From NCBI RefSeq assembly GCF_000181795.1, contig NW_003526941.1, positions 6,819,051 through 6,883,050 of the forward strand: a stretch of DNA of 64,000 nt, written 5' to 3'. Below the pieces are notes generated by a model. The model searched no databases and was not told the origin of the DNA. It was given only the letters and a program-made list of their open reading frames with translations. Positions within the stretch are counted from its first letter, which is position 1; each line of letters begins with the position of its first letter. Of this stretch, positions 27,290 to 40,372 are shown piece by piece. Made by a program: the position numbers and the translations under genes. The stretch is from Trichinella spiralis. Taxonomy: Eukaryota.

Positions 27290-30200
27290 TTAAATCTGTT
27301 TTAGAAGTAACGATTCATTGAAGAACAATAATAAATATGCGCATAGAAATCAGCGTTACGTATCGGCGGCTGAAGTTTGTAGTCATCTTCAAATGGTGTG
27401 GAAAAATGGTGGAGAAAATATTCTCTCATCAGTTTTTCCCATGTTCAAACCAAGAAAAAATATACAGTACGCGGATGGATTTATACCAACTGATCTTCTG
27501 TTTCTCACACATTTGTTAGTTATGCCTCCAAAATTTCGACCGGTAATAAATTTGACATATGCATATGAACACAGATTGAAGTATTCGGTTTCAGATTGTT
27601 GAATTGGCTGGTCGTAAATGTGACAATCCAATATCACAGATTTATCGAAATATAATTGAAGATTGCCTATCAATCAAGCGTTTTATGCAGAAAGCTACTG
27701 CTGACAAATGGCAAACTGAAGGCGGTGAATCTGGTGATGCTGTACAAGACAGCGAAGAGCAGATTCAAACACTCTGCTTGACCATGCAGAGTCATGTGAA
27801 TGAATTGTATGACAACAGTGAAACAAGCCGAATAGCGTCTGGGTAGTTTTGCGTTCAATATCTGTTGCTGTTTGCCTTTATTAATGCTTGTTGATTTTCT
27901 TATTGTTTTTTTAATCAGCTTGACAGTGCAGCTTAATGCCAAAGGATTGCGTCAAGTGTTGGAGAAGAAAGAAGGCCTCTTCAGGAAGCATATGATGGGT
28001 AAGCGGGTAAATTTTGCCGCTCGTTCTGTAATTGCACCGGATCCTTACATGAGCGTCGATGGCGTTGGTATTCCGGAAGTTTTTGCGAAAAGGCTCTCTT
28101 TTCCTGAAGCTGTATTTTCCGCCAATGCAACTGCCATGTCTGAAGCAGTTTTACACGGTCCTGATGTGCACCCGGGGTAAATTGAAAATTTTATTTTATT
28201 TTTGTATTTTCACGTTTTGGAAATTGCTCTGTTTAGGGCGAATTTTATCATAGATGAACGTGGAATGAAGATTTATTTGAATGCTGGAAAAGAAATCGAA
28301 AGATCTGGAATGGCGAAGCGACTGTTGCAGACTAGCCAACGTTTTGGCATTGCTTATCCTAAAAAGGTGAATGTTCGTTTTTATTGAAAAAAATTCTTAC
28401 TTTATTTTAATATGCTTCTTGTAGGTGTGTCGTCATTTAAAAGAAAATGATTTCGTTCTTCTCAATCGACAACCAACTTTGCACAAGCCCAGCATAATGG
28501 CGCACAAAGTAAAATATGTTGTTCATTTTTCATTGCAATAATTGAAATTATTTTCTAAATTGTCAGGTGAAGGTATTGAAGAACCAACGAACTCTGCGGT
28601 TGAATTATGCTACCTGTAAAACGTACAATGCAGATTTTGACGGCGATGAGATGAATGCCCACTTTCCTCAAAACGAAATTGCTCGTGCTGAATGCTCAGA
28701 AATTGGTTTCTTTATACATTTTATGTTTTAAAAAAATGCATTATTTATTTTCTTTTGAATAGCTGACGTGGCTAGACAGTTTTTGGTTCCAAAGGATGGC
28801 AAGCCAATTGCTGGCCTCATTCAGGATCATGTTGTATCCGGCTTTATGTTGACGATGAGGGATAAATTTCTAACTAAGTATGCATTTCTTATTATATATA
28901 TAATATATATGTTGTAAAAAGGAAGTTTTTAAGGGAAGATTTTAATTACTTGCTGTTGAGCGCATTTCCATCGGTTGAACATCCCTGGCGTCAAGTACCT
29001 CCAACTATTTTCAAACCCGTTCGGCGATGGACTGGGAAGCAGGTACAGGATTGTTGTTCATAATTTTGTGTGATTAATTTAAATTAGATTAATCAAATAA
29101 AAATGGAAAAGGACAATATTTTAGGTAGTTACAACTATTTTGCTGAACGTTATTCCATCTCATTTACCTCCGATTAATTTGGTTACTAAAGCCAAGACAT
29201 CAATAAAGGTGGATGAATTTATTTTTTGTTATATAAAATCTGAAAACGATTTTGCAATTTGTGCAGAATTGGACAGTTCCTGGTAAACGGAATCCAATTT
29301 TTGAATTAAGCGAAAGCAATGTTGTAATCTGCTCTGGTGAATTGCTTTGCGGTGTGTTGGATAAAGCGCAAATGGGCGCCTCTCCCTACGGTCTGGTGCA
29401 CTGTATTTTTGAGGTTTGAAAAATTAATGCAAAAATGACAATTGTCGACATTTTAATTGAATTTTTTTTTTGATTTCAAGCTTTATGGACCGGCGGTAGC
29501 GGCAAAGTTGTTGTCTTGCTTTTCCAGACTGTTCACCACATATTTGCAGATGAGGGGCTTCACATTGGGTGTAGAAGATATTATGCTGACCAGAAAAGTG
29601 TGCTTTTATTCATTTTATATTTTTCAAACTGTTAATTTATAATGACAAAAATTTTCAGGCAGACTCAAAGCGAAGAAAACTTTTGTCAACGGTTGATTGT
29701 TGTGGCTCAGAGGCAGTGCGAGAGGCTTTGGCATTGGATGTTGGAATTGAAGACGATGAAGTGAAACTAATTTTGGAAAAGATGCATTTCAAAAATGAAA
29801 AAGAATCCCTCTTGCGGGTAGAGCAGTGTTTTCGACAAGCTACTGACAAATTCAACGACCAGGCGAACAAGTTCATAGGCGTTGTTTTGCAAAGCAAAAC
29901 GCTATTTATTAAATTTGATCAAAAAATTATATTAAAATGTGCTATTTCAGAGTCTGCTTTCCAAATGGACTGTTGAAAGCATTTCCTGACAATGGTTTAT
30001 CTTTAATGATCGAAACTGGCGCTAAAGGAACATCCGTAAGCAAAGAATATATTTCTTCCTACAATACAATGCGTGTATATTTCTTGATTTCATTGAAGGT
30101 GAATTTTTTCCAAATGTCTTGCATGTTGGGTCAGGTGGATTTGGAAGGCCAGCGTGTGAAAGTGGGAATGTCTGGCCGCACACTTCCGTGCTTCCAACGC

Positions 30201-33200
30201 TACGACACGAAACCACGTGCCGGCGGCTTTGTTAGCCAACGTTTTCTGTCCGGTGTTAGACCGCAAGAATTTTTCTTTCATTGCCTAGCCGGTCGAGAGG
30301 TACAGCAACGAGCAAATTGTGCTCAATTTTGAATTTTATTGTTTTTTTATTTAAATTGTTATTAAAATCCAATAAATTTTTACTTATTTGTCTACTTTTT
30401 CAGGGTTTGATTGATACAGCGGTTAAAACTAGTCGAAGCGGTTACTTGCAGCGTTGTATTATTAAACATATGGAAGGAATCGTTGCCAATTACGATTTGA
30501 CAGTTCGCGATGCAGACGGCTCTATTATTCAAGTTGGTTTGCGGATGTTGAAAATGTTCCTTTGTATTAATATTTATATATGTATATATTGTAAAGTTTT
30601 ATTACGGTGAGGATGGTTTTGACGTGACGAAATCGCAATTTTACGACGACACTCATTTGGCTTTTCTGCATGCTAACATTGACGTTCTCGAACAGACTAG
30701 CGGAGATTTGCCAAACTTTGAAAATGAGGATAATTTAATTGCGGCCAAACGATTTTCAAAGGTATTTCTTTTTTGTTTTTTTTTTTAATTAATATTTCAT
30801 TATTCATCGATTATTTTTTGTTGTTGACATGGCAGATCAAGCGATGGAAAGAAAAATATGGAAAATGTCCAGAAGTTGAATCGATGCATAAATCCCAGTT
30901 GGCATTGCTGCCCAATGTGGACGAGGACAGTTCGACCGTCGACAAAGAGCAGCTGGTCGCGGCTTGGTTTGAATATCCAGTGGAAGAACGTCGTCGGTGG
31001 CTGAGACAGAGTGTAAAATGGCGCCCGGATCCAGTAATGTCAACGCTGAGACCGACGACATGCATCGGTGCTCTTTCGGATAAATTCTTGGAACAGTTGG
31101 ACAATTTTATTCAACAAAGGCAGGCAAGAGTTGACGAATCGGTGCACAAGTTTGAAAAGCTGATGAAATTGCGCGGCATGCGTTCGTTGGTAGAGCCGGG
31201 CGAGACTGTCGGCTTGTTGGCCGCACAAAGTATTGGAGAGCCTTCCACTCAGATGACGTTGAATACGTTTCACTTTGCCGGATGTGGCGAGATGAACGTC
31301 ACCCTTGGCATTCCGAGGCTGCGTGAAATTCTGATCAGCGGCTCGGCCACCATATCCACGCCCACATCTCGAGTTCAGTTTCGACACGGTGTCAGTCGTG
31401 AGTTGGCTGAAGACGTGCAGAGGCGAATGAATCGTATTGTATTGAATCAGGTGAGATTGGGTTCTGTATATTGCAGTTGAAATTTCCATTTTTCACTTGT
31501 TCTGCAATATCTGTTTTTGAGGTTCTCGAATTTGCGAATCAAATGGAATTTGTAACTACTGATGGGTACTGTTCCTACTGTTGCACATTGCGTACTGGTT
31601 GGTATTCGAGATTATTGATAGATGCAAACTTTTTTCACAGGGCAAAGTATCGCGAATATGAAATTACGTTGAAACTTTCGAAACGACGCAAGCGGCCATA
31701 TTCAGTTCGTCACTTGGACTCTCGTACGGTAATGGCTAAAATTGAGCAAGGCTTTTTTCGAAGTCTTTGTTTCTCGCTTAAGAAAATGTTTGATTCAGGC
31801 AACAAATTCAGGTGTGCCAAATTATTGAACAATTATTTTGTTATTTGTATTTTTTGCTATTTGCTGGGTCGCACATATGGTAACGTACGTCGTTTGCATT
31901 TTGATTTTCAGGGAAGTGGAAATGTTTCATATTGAAAATGAAAATGAAATCAATGAAAATGAAGATGGGTTGACATTTGCCGGTGGAAATGACCAAGACA
32001 GTTCAGAAGAGGTTTAAATTTTGAATTGAAATTTAAAAAAAAATACATGCATTAAATGCTTAGGAGGATGATAATGACGTGGATGCTGTCGAAGCTCAAC
32101 AGCGACAACGGCACAAAGATGACAACGAGTATCTAGGCGAAGATGAAGAAGCGATTGAATTGAATATGTTCACCAGTGGAGGTTTGTTTCTTTGCTTTTG
32201 GAATACCCTGTTCAACATATTTTCTTTATCTTTTTTTTTCAATGTAGAGAATTGTTTGTTCGATTCGACTGGCAATGAAGGGGAATCAGTTGTACAGCAG
32301 AACAGTAGCAGTGAAGAAATACGGCCAGGAAAAGACGACGATGATGATGAACACTTGCCATTGGATCAGTACCGAGTCAAGGTGATTGTATATTGCATTT
32401 TTTGCTTCAAGCATGCATTTCATTTCTGTTACATTTGTTCGATTTGGTTGTTGTTGTTTTTATTAATTGCATGTGCAATGTGCAACTTGTGTAAAAATAG
32501 ATTGAAAAACCAATTTGGATTATGTTAACAATTGATGATTGTACAACGATATTAATTGATGAACTTGCCAAGTATGAATTATTTTTTTTAATCTTATTTC
32601 AGATGGTAGTTGAACAAGATTCCTTGATTACTGATTACAGATACGACTCCAAACGAAACCACTGGTGTAAAGCGACAGTGAAGGTTTGCAGTATGTACGA
32701 TGATGGTTGTTGCTGTATTTTTTTTTTGCATTCATTAGGTGCCATTCAAGTATGGAGCGATCGACATGCGGTATTTAGTTGAAGAAGAATGCTCTAAATT
32801 TGTTGTACAGTCTGTTCGGGATATTAAACGCTGCATGTTGACCGAGCAGAATGGAGAATTGTTTTTAATTACTGAAGGCATTAATCTCAAAGTATTGGAT
32901 GATGAAGTTTTCATCGGATTTTTTAAGCCAGTGTTGTATGTTGCAGGTGTTTACTGAACGACCGGACATATTTAATGTGGATCGTATCTATTGTAACAAC
33001 ATACACACCATGGCTAGCATGTATGGCATTGAGGCGGCGGCTCAATCGATTATCAGAGTCCGTTTTCAGTGTTGAAAATTATTGGAAATTACAAGTTGCA
33101 TTGTGAAAATTTGAATTTTTATTTCAGGAGACTAAAAACGTTTTCGCAAGTTATGGTATTGAAGTTGACCACAGGCATTTATCTCTGTTGTCCGATTATA

Positions 33201-33520
33201 TGACACACACCGGGAAATATTATTCGTTTAGCCGAAATTATATGAACTCGTCCACATCCCCATTTCAGAAGATGTCATTCGAAACTACTGTCAATTACAT
33301 GAAAGAAGCACTGACGAGGCGTAACAGATTTCTCTTTTTCCTTAATACATTTTCCGTGTAAAATTTACATTCTGCTGGAACATTTACAGGTACGTTGGAC
33401 ACGATGCAAACGCCGTCGGCAAATTTGGTTGTTGGTCGATTGCCTCGATTTGGAACTGGCTTTTTTGACGTATTGGCTCCTTTGCCGAACAGAAATGTGG
33501 AAGCTGAAGTAGAGCAGTAA
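26140..33520 (+). CDS. POLR1A: DNA-directed RNA polymerase I largest subunit (RPA1)
   Basis: About 32 exons traced in frame, ATG at 26140 to TAA at 33518-33520. Zn site [47 protein letters not shown], catalytic [11 protein letters not shown] (about 28624-28656), bridge helix [20 protein letters not shown], trigger loop [28 protein letters not shown]. Acidic expander-like insertion typical of Pol I; no CTD heptads. Confidence 0.96.
27260..27288. repeat. (ATT)n microsatellite in an RPA1 intron
   Basis: attattattattattattattattattatt run. Confidence 0.85.
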
Positions 33521-36500
33521 GCATTGTTTTCTGCAGCAAATACAAAAAAGCGCACTATTACTTTTTTAATAATCAATTGTTTTTTTATTTCATTTTTATA
33601 AATGTTATATTTTTTTCCTGTTTTGAAAGTGGCCATGCCATTTGTGAAGTGTTCATTTACAATGAACTAACTGATTGAGCAGAAGAGAGATTCTTATTAT
33701 TCTATCACAATTTACATTTTCCAAAAGAGCCAAATGTTCTAAGCATACCTTTTTCTGAAACATAATTCGTATATAACAGAAATTCATTAAAATTATTTTC
33801 AAAATTACAGTTCTTTTTTTGCATATTCCTGGTTTCCGTGATGGGCCATCGTGTCTTCTCTCAAGTAGAATACTGATAGTCCTTTTTTGAAATTATATTT
33901 GCGGGGAGTAGAGCTTGAAATTGATTTCAAAGATTATCTTCCTTCAACAAAGATTAATGCCTGAATGTCCTCCTAACGTACGCCTTGCATGCGTATATTT
34001 GTTCAAAAAATTATCATTTCATTTACTAACATGTAGTTCATCATTTGTATTTTATTCAATGAGCTTCTTACTGATACCAAACATGTCCTTTTTTGAATTT
34101 TATTTTGCTTTTCAACTGTTGCTATATGCCGCATGTGAAAATGTGTTTTTCAATGTTGGATTTTGCGATAACAATTGCATGAAATACTAATAAACGTAAA
34201 TAAATTAAGAATTTATCACAACTAAATGTCCATATGCATGGTATTTTTTCCAATCGTTTGAGATATTCACTTTAATCATCAGTGAATATAATGGATTGTT
34301 GCTTGGAAAGTGCAGCGAATTATTCCCTGCATTTCTAATAATTGAATTTGTATAATATTTGTAAATTCAAATTTACTTAAAATTTTTAATAATGTGTGGG
34401 ATAATAAGTTCATAAATTGTGAATAATATTTTGATCGGTTATTTTTGATAAATGTGATAAAACAACTGGTTTAAAAGTTTGACATTTGTGAAAAGAATAA
34501 ATGCAATATTGCATCAAATTTCTATTCCCATCTCCTCAGTTTGACTAATTATCACTTATGAAGCGCGACTAATCAAAGGAATTACGTTTAAAAAATTTCT
34601 ACGTTTAATGATGCTGTAGGCGATAAAGAGAAGTCAGGAACAAATTTTATTTGAAGAGTAACTTCCGTTCGCTCAAATCTTTAAACCTTTCCCGTAAATC
34701 TTCACAAAATTATTTTTCTTGCATATTTATTTATTCCGTATATTTTTTTTCTTTCCATTTCAAGTAATACCGCATTTTTTTTACCATTGCTGATTTGCGA
34801 AAAATGTCGAAAATGCTTTGCCGCAACAATTTCTACTTTTTCTGAATGTTAGATATTCACAATGATGAATGATAGTGTCATGTTGAGTTTCAGCGAAAAC
34901 TGCCGGATAGTTGTGTATTAAGTGGCTTCTAAATTTAGTAAACTACGCATATGTTTACCTTCGAATGATCAAACTACTTTTTGTCACTACGATGACCAAA
35001 GAAAGCCCTGTCAATTTTGACTCGGTGAACAATGAGCATTTTGAAACTTTCATTTCTTTTATTTATGGAACTTAATGCTTTCTTTTGTTTGATATGCTAT
35101 TTCTGAATTAAAATTAGCAACTTTGAAATTTATTCGATCATCAGAAATTATTTCATTGATCACTTAGGCATAGAGTTGTTTGAATCACTGAATTCAGTTG
35201 TATCAGTTCACTCTTATTGCATTTCCAGTTACATTTTCACCCTTTACCCTTTGATCAGCAATTGGACGGGTAACCAGTAATATTTGATTAGCTACTGAAT
35301 TCTGTTCATTGATTGGGTGATTATTTTTCATCAAAGCTTTTCCAAATACATAGTGCAGTACAGCTCAAAAACTTTACAGCTTAGTAGAAGTAGTTTGGTG
35401 CAATAATTCACATGTTTATTTAATCTGATTTTCATTTATTTACATTTGTGAAGAGCAACAGGTGTTCAAATCAACACTCAAAAGTAAATTTCACAACATT
35501 GTACAATATTACATGATGGTTGAATACAAATGTAATAACTTTTATAATTAGTAAAATTATCGATTATATTGATGTCATTCCGCCGTTAGGAATAAACATG
35601 CGGTGATTTCACATACGCTAAACTAGCTATTCAAATTTCTTGGACTTGACCCTGAACCAATTTGAAAAATGTCATCCTCATGGTTAATTTCAGTGCTTAG
35701 AGCAGCAGTCAATAAGCGCGTTGAGCTCTTTTCCTCAATACCATCTTCAGTTAGATAGCAAGTGATGTTTTATTACTAAGCGTCTGTTCTCTTCATATAT
35801 GACTGACATTAAACAACCTGTTTATCACCAATGGAGGGTGAACAGTGTGATGCAATGTGAACATACTAGAGAATCCATGAGAAAACTACGGAATAATTGG
35901 TGAACCCTGTCACTGCCCAATCCATTATTCATCATTTTGTCCAACAGTGTATCCAGTGTACCTGTATCAATACTTCTGTACAGCCTCTATGGATGAACTA
36001 TCCAGCTCATTTTGTTTCCTATTGAATGTATTTTATTGAATTGCTTCTTCATATATGGAAACAGGATTGTACAATTATCAAAAATGAAAACTACCAATAG
36101 CACACAATTAATTATTTAATGAGATATTTGACAAAATTGCTTGTTAACAGATGTGTCATTTATAGAGAAAAATTATCCAACATTGCTTGTAAACTGTAAA
36201 TCAAACGTCTTATTTTGAATTATTCTTATTTCTTTAAAATATTTAAATAATTAATTTGCGTAAATAGAAATTTAGATTTCAAAGGGTTTCTGTATTACAA
36301 AAGTGAAATTCAGGCACAAATATTATTGGAATCAGAAACTTTTGCTCGCGGGCATTTGTTCAAATATCTGCATAAATGCTAATGAAATGCAATTATAGGA
36401 TGTATTATCAAGCGCGCAGGTTTCGTTTCCATCTCTGACGTCCCCACTAAAATCGCATCATTGTACAACTTTTTTGCATATCTCGGCAAATACGCGTTTG

Positions 36501-36654
36501 TACGACGTGCAAACAGGTTTGTAATGATTACCTTTAAATTTTTCTGATCAATTGAAATCACTTTGCAACATTTAAATTTTTGACTTGAAAAAGCAGCTAT
36601 AGCCTTGATTGTTTTGCGATTTCGAAGTAGCTTTTATCAAAATTNNNNNNNNNN

Positions 36655-36978
36655 ACCCCTTACCTTCACCTATCCGGTACTTACCTTCACACTTATACTT
36701 ACCTTCATACCACTTACCTTCAACTATCCGGTTCTTACCTTCACACTTACTTTCACTCTACACACTGCCTGCCTTCACCTATGCAGTACTCACCATCACA
36801 TATACCTTCACAATTATACTTACCTTCACCATATACCATATTTACCTTCACACTACACACTGCCTGCCTTCACCTATACAGTACTCACCTTCACATTTAT
36901 ACTTACCTTCACACCTATTCTTACCTGACTTACCCTTAACTATTAGACTACTTACCTATTTATCTTCATACTTACCCA
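36655..36978. repeat. Degenerate ACTTACCTTCA-based satellite array (copy A), truncated by the gap at 36645-36654
   Basis: Repeated TTACCTTCA and CCTTCAC cores; shares sub-units and 3' flank with the array at 40679-41458. Confidence 0.9.
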
Positions 36979-37202
36979 TATTCTGCTTCCTTGTCTTTTT
37001 AGACTTAGATTTACACTAAAATCTACAAAACACTAGTACCAAACAATAATAAAAAATTATAAAAAGCAATTATTATGAAAAAATTATGAAAAGCAAAATT
37101 ATAAAAACCTAAAAAACTAAAACGACAAAATTTACACTTATTTACATTTACAAAAAATTTACATTTACTTATACATAGTTTATAAAAGTAAAATGTACAT
37201 AC

Positions 37203-37230
37203 GTCGCCATACTGAGCGGCATCAGCTGGT
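37203..37230 (+). mobile_element. Possible Helitron-like 3' terminus (hairpin plus CTRR|T); second copy at about 41674-41698
   Basis: GTCGC-catactga-GCGGC hairpin followed by atcagCTGG|T. Copy B reads gtcgtcaaactgagcgtcaaCTGG|T. Both hairpins are imperfect. Confidence 0.35.
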
Positions 37231-39414
37231 AGTAGTGCTTTGTGATGACGTATTTATCGACGTGATTTCGAATCTTTGCAAAAACACCACATGTTCAATA
37301 ACGGATAGTTACCAAAGAATGCAGCAATTTGTCTTGTACATCTAAAAAAAGCAATATCTTGTACATGTAAAAACCTACTTTTCTAATGTAAAATTCAAAT
37401 TTTGAATTTACTAAAATCAAAGGCAACCAATCTACAATATTACTTACATTACGTTGCACGTACAAATACAATAACAGACGTGCTGCTGATGGCGTTGCTA
37501 ACTTACAATCTAAATATCTCGAAAATAATCATTTGGCGCAGCTGGTTGCTGGCCATCATTGAAATTTTACGGGAATAAACAAGATTGCAAATCAACAGCA
37601 GATGAAAATAATATTGATGCATACTGCAATCATGTTCTCATGATAGGATTTTTTATATTCATTGATATGAAAATAAAATAATGTAAATTCTAAAAGTGAA
37701 TTATATTAATGCAGTCATCCATAAATAAAAAACAGAAATAGATACTTCTTCGTCTTCAGCATCTGATGTACCTGAATGTTAGCAATAACAACAATAGAAA
37801 AGAAACCCGCCAGTTTCCATTCACCATATATGTAAAGTAACATGCATAGCATGCCACCACCAAAATACCAAAACCAACTTACCAGTTATTCATGGATGGT
37901 GTTGAAGAGCGGAATTATAGTTGACCACGTGCTAGATTGATAGCATTGCAGTGAACTGCATAACTCAATAAAATCGATGTGCTTGGTCAATTGTATAATA
38001 AGTAAATTATGCAAATGACTATTTACTTTGCTTCACGAAGAGCAACCTAATTTTCCATCAGTAATAGCGCACTAAAATAAACAATATGAGCAACATTATG
38101 AAACGAAACGATGAAATTTATTACGTTTCTATTTACACACTTCATATTACTACGTAATATGGCATTGTTATGCAAATTGTTTTCCCTAAAATTACCTAAG
38201 AGGAAATATTATTAACCTGAAGCATCGCAAATTACTAAAAATAAACGGAAATGCTATCACTGCGCATTTATGCATGTTGTGTAAATTAGTTGCTTGAAAG
38301 TACAAGGTGATTCAACAATTTATATTTCATCATTGTTTTTCATCTAATCAAAATTATATGGATAATAAAAAATAGCTTCCACTGAAAATAGTTTCGAAAA
38401 TAAAATACGTTTTCAGATTTATGGAAAATTAAACAGTTGTCATGAAATTTTATGATGATAACTGCGACAGAAATTTTATAATAAACAATTTATCTCAGCA
38501 CAGAATTTAACAAGTGCGCAGCGTAGACATCATGATGGTAAGCAACAGCACCAGTGGGTATGCCACTTGACAGCTTATTTACTATTAAAATTTTGTTTTA
38601 ACTAAACTTTTGTTTACACCTTATGATGATTTACAGTAAGACTGCAAACTTGGTTGAGCACTGCATCAGCGCGTTTCATACAATGTGAGATAAACCTACC
38701 CGCACAAATTAAGTAACTCAACGATTTGCAATGAATTCAAGAAACTTATGCGGTTGACAATTCTGTATTGTATTTCATGAAAGGAATAAAACAAAAAAAT
38801 CACAAGTAGCATGGATTTGGTTATATTGCTAGTCGATAACAATTATGAGAAATTAGATTTATATGAGATGAAAACAGCTAAGTGCTGTTCATTCAGCTCG
38901 AAATAGGGGGGGGGGGGGGAGGGGCAGCATTTTCAGTTGAATGCGATCTCTGTTCAGCTTAGTATTATTACTCCTCAATGATGGGGATGATTAGAAAGGC
39001 AAGGAGGGCGGGACAGCATAGCAGGAAGGAATGAGGGAGACGTTGAGGTATGGAGGAGGTGGAAGTTGTCATATGCGATCTTCCATTCAATATTCATATA
39101 TAACATTCAGGTGTTGCTTCATTTATCAATACTGATAACATTGATGGGCATTGAATTATTTTCTCAATGACTAAAATAAGGGCATCTGTATAAATCAGTG
39201 CTATTGGCGGTACCATAACCTAATAAAAACTTAAAGGAGTCATTTTCCAAAATGAAAAGGAACGTTTACTGATATTGTGAAAAATATCCCAGGGGTAATA
39301 TAAAAGTGTGGTTCTCTATCTAACAACAGCTTTCCTATGTCTGGCTGAAACAAACTTGTGCCTTATTTGACCACTGACAACCGTTTTAGGGGGGGCGATT
39401 GCTCNNNNNNNNNN

Positions 39415-40372
39415 ATTGACTTTGTTTAATTAGACAGCAAGACGATGGACTGATCAGATATATGTAGAATTTTGGTAAAATCTATAATTACAGATTACGT
39501 CATCACCTGCGCTTTTATGGAGTTTTGTTTGTTCTGAGCACCGTGATAAGTCATGTTCAGATCATTTCGTTCTAAATGTGGCATCCGTAAGTATTGATTT
39601 TGCTCCTGATTGCAGTTGCATCGTACAGTGTACACATTTTATCCATGACAGCATTTCTTCTGATGGTGCTCTGAGTTAGTTGAAGTTGGTGCAGTGACGT
39701 TTCCCAGTTGTCCTAGTGTGCTTTCACTTATCACAAGAGTAAGAGGGAATTGATTGTAATTGTAGCAATTTCGCTGAGTCAGTCGAGCAGCGTTCATACA
39801 TGTCCTGACAACGTATTGGTGCTTGTTGCTGTCAGTGCGTTTCCAATGTGATATGACAAAAATTACTGAGTAGCTTTTGTTTATAATAGCTATGGATTAC
39901 GTCATCCCATGAAGATTGTACCGTTGGCAACCCTTGTTCAAATGGACATAAAGGCTTTTCCTAGTCGTCCCAGTGTGCCTTTGCTTATCACAAATAGTAT
40001 CGTTCATCAGTAAGTATTGAATTTGATTAATTAGATAGCTGGAAGATGCGAGTGTTACATGGATTAAATTTGAATATCTATCTGAATATGAATATGAATA
40101 CATGAATATCTATAATAACAGATAACATCATTAGCTGAACTGTTCTCAAGTTCCTTTCGTTCTGGACACCGTGATTAGTCATGTTCACATCGGTTTGTTC
40201 TAAATGTGGCATCACAAACATCCGTAAGTATTTAACTTGCTTCTGATTGCAGTTGGATATGTAAAATGTGCACATTTTTTCCAGGACAGCAGTACATTTA
40301 CATCAAGCGAATCAAATGGAGGTAAAGGCGTTTCTTAGCCGTCCCAGTGTGCCTTTGCTTATCACAAATAGT
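39415..40372. repeat. Diverged head-to-tail tandem duplication (~600-bp unit plus an internally deleted second copy)
   Basis: attgactttgtttaattagacagc (39415) matches attgaatttgattaattagatagc (40016). gttctaaatgtggcatc occurs at about 39569 and 40196. gtcccagtgtgcctttgcttatcacaaatagta occurs at about 39967 and 40341. Confidence 0.8.

Larger units (their letters stand above)
36655..39404 (+). repeat. Segmental direct repeat, copy A (partner at 40679-45170)
   Basis: Collinear matches read by eye: 36913-37330 with 41393-41798, and 37333-39404 with 43202-45170. Example: caaccaatctacaatattacttacattacgttgcacgtacaaatac occurs in both. Confidence 0.9.

Noticed and set aside
36605..37019. ORFs 36605-36928 and 36609-37019 (LTFT / YLPS repeats)
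   Set aside because: They cross an N gap and are translations of the satellite, whose plus strand lacks stops in all frames because of its composition.
39600..40100. piggyBac-like (MDKMCTLYDAT) or FLYWCH-like peptide fragments on the minus strand
   Set aside because: Too short and not kept in frame in the duplicate copy; the resemblance cannot be supported without a search.
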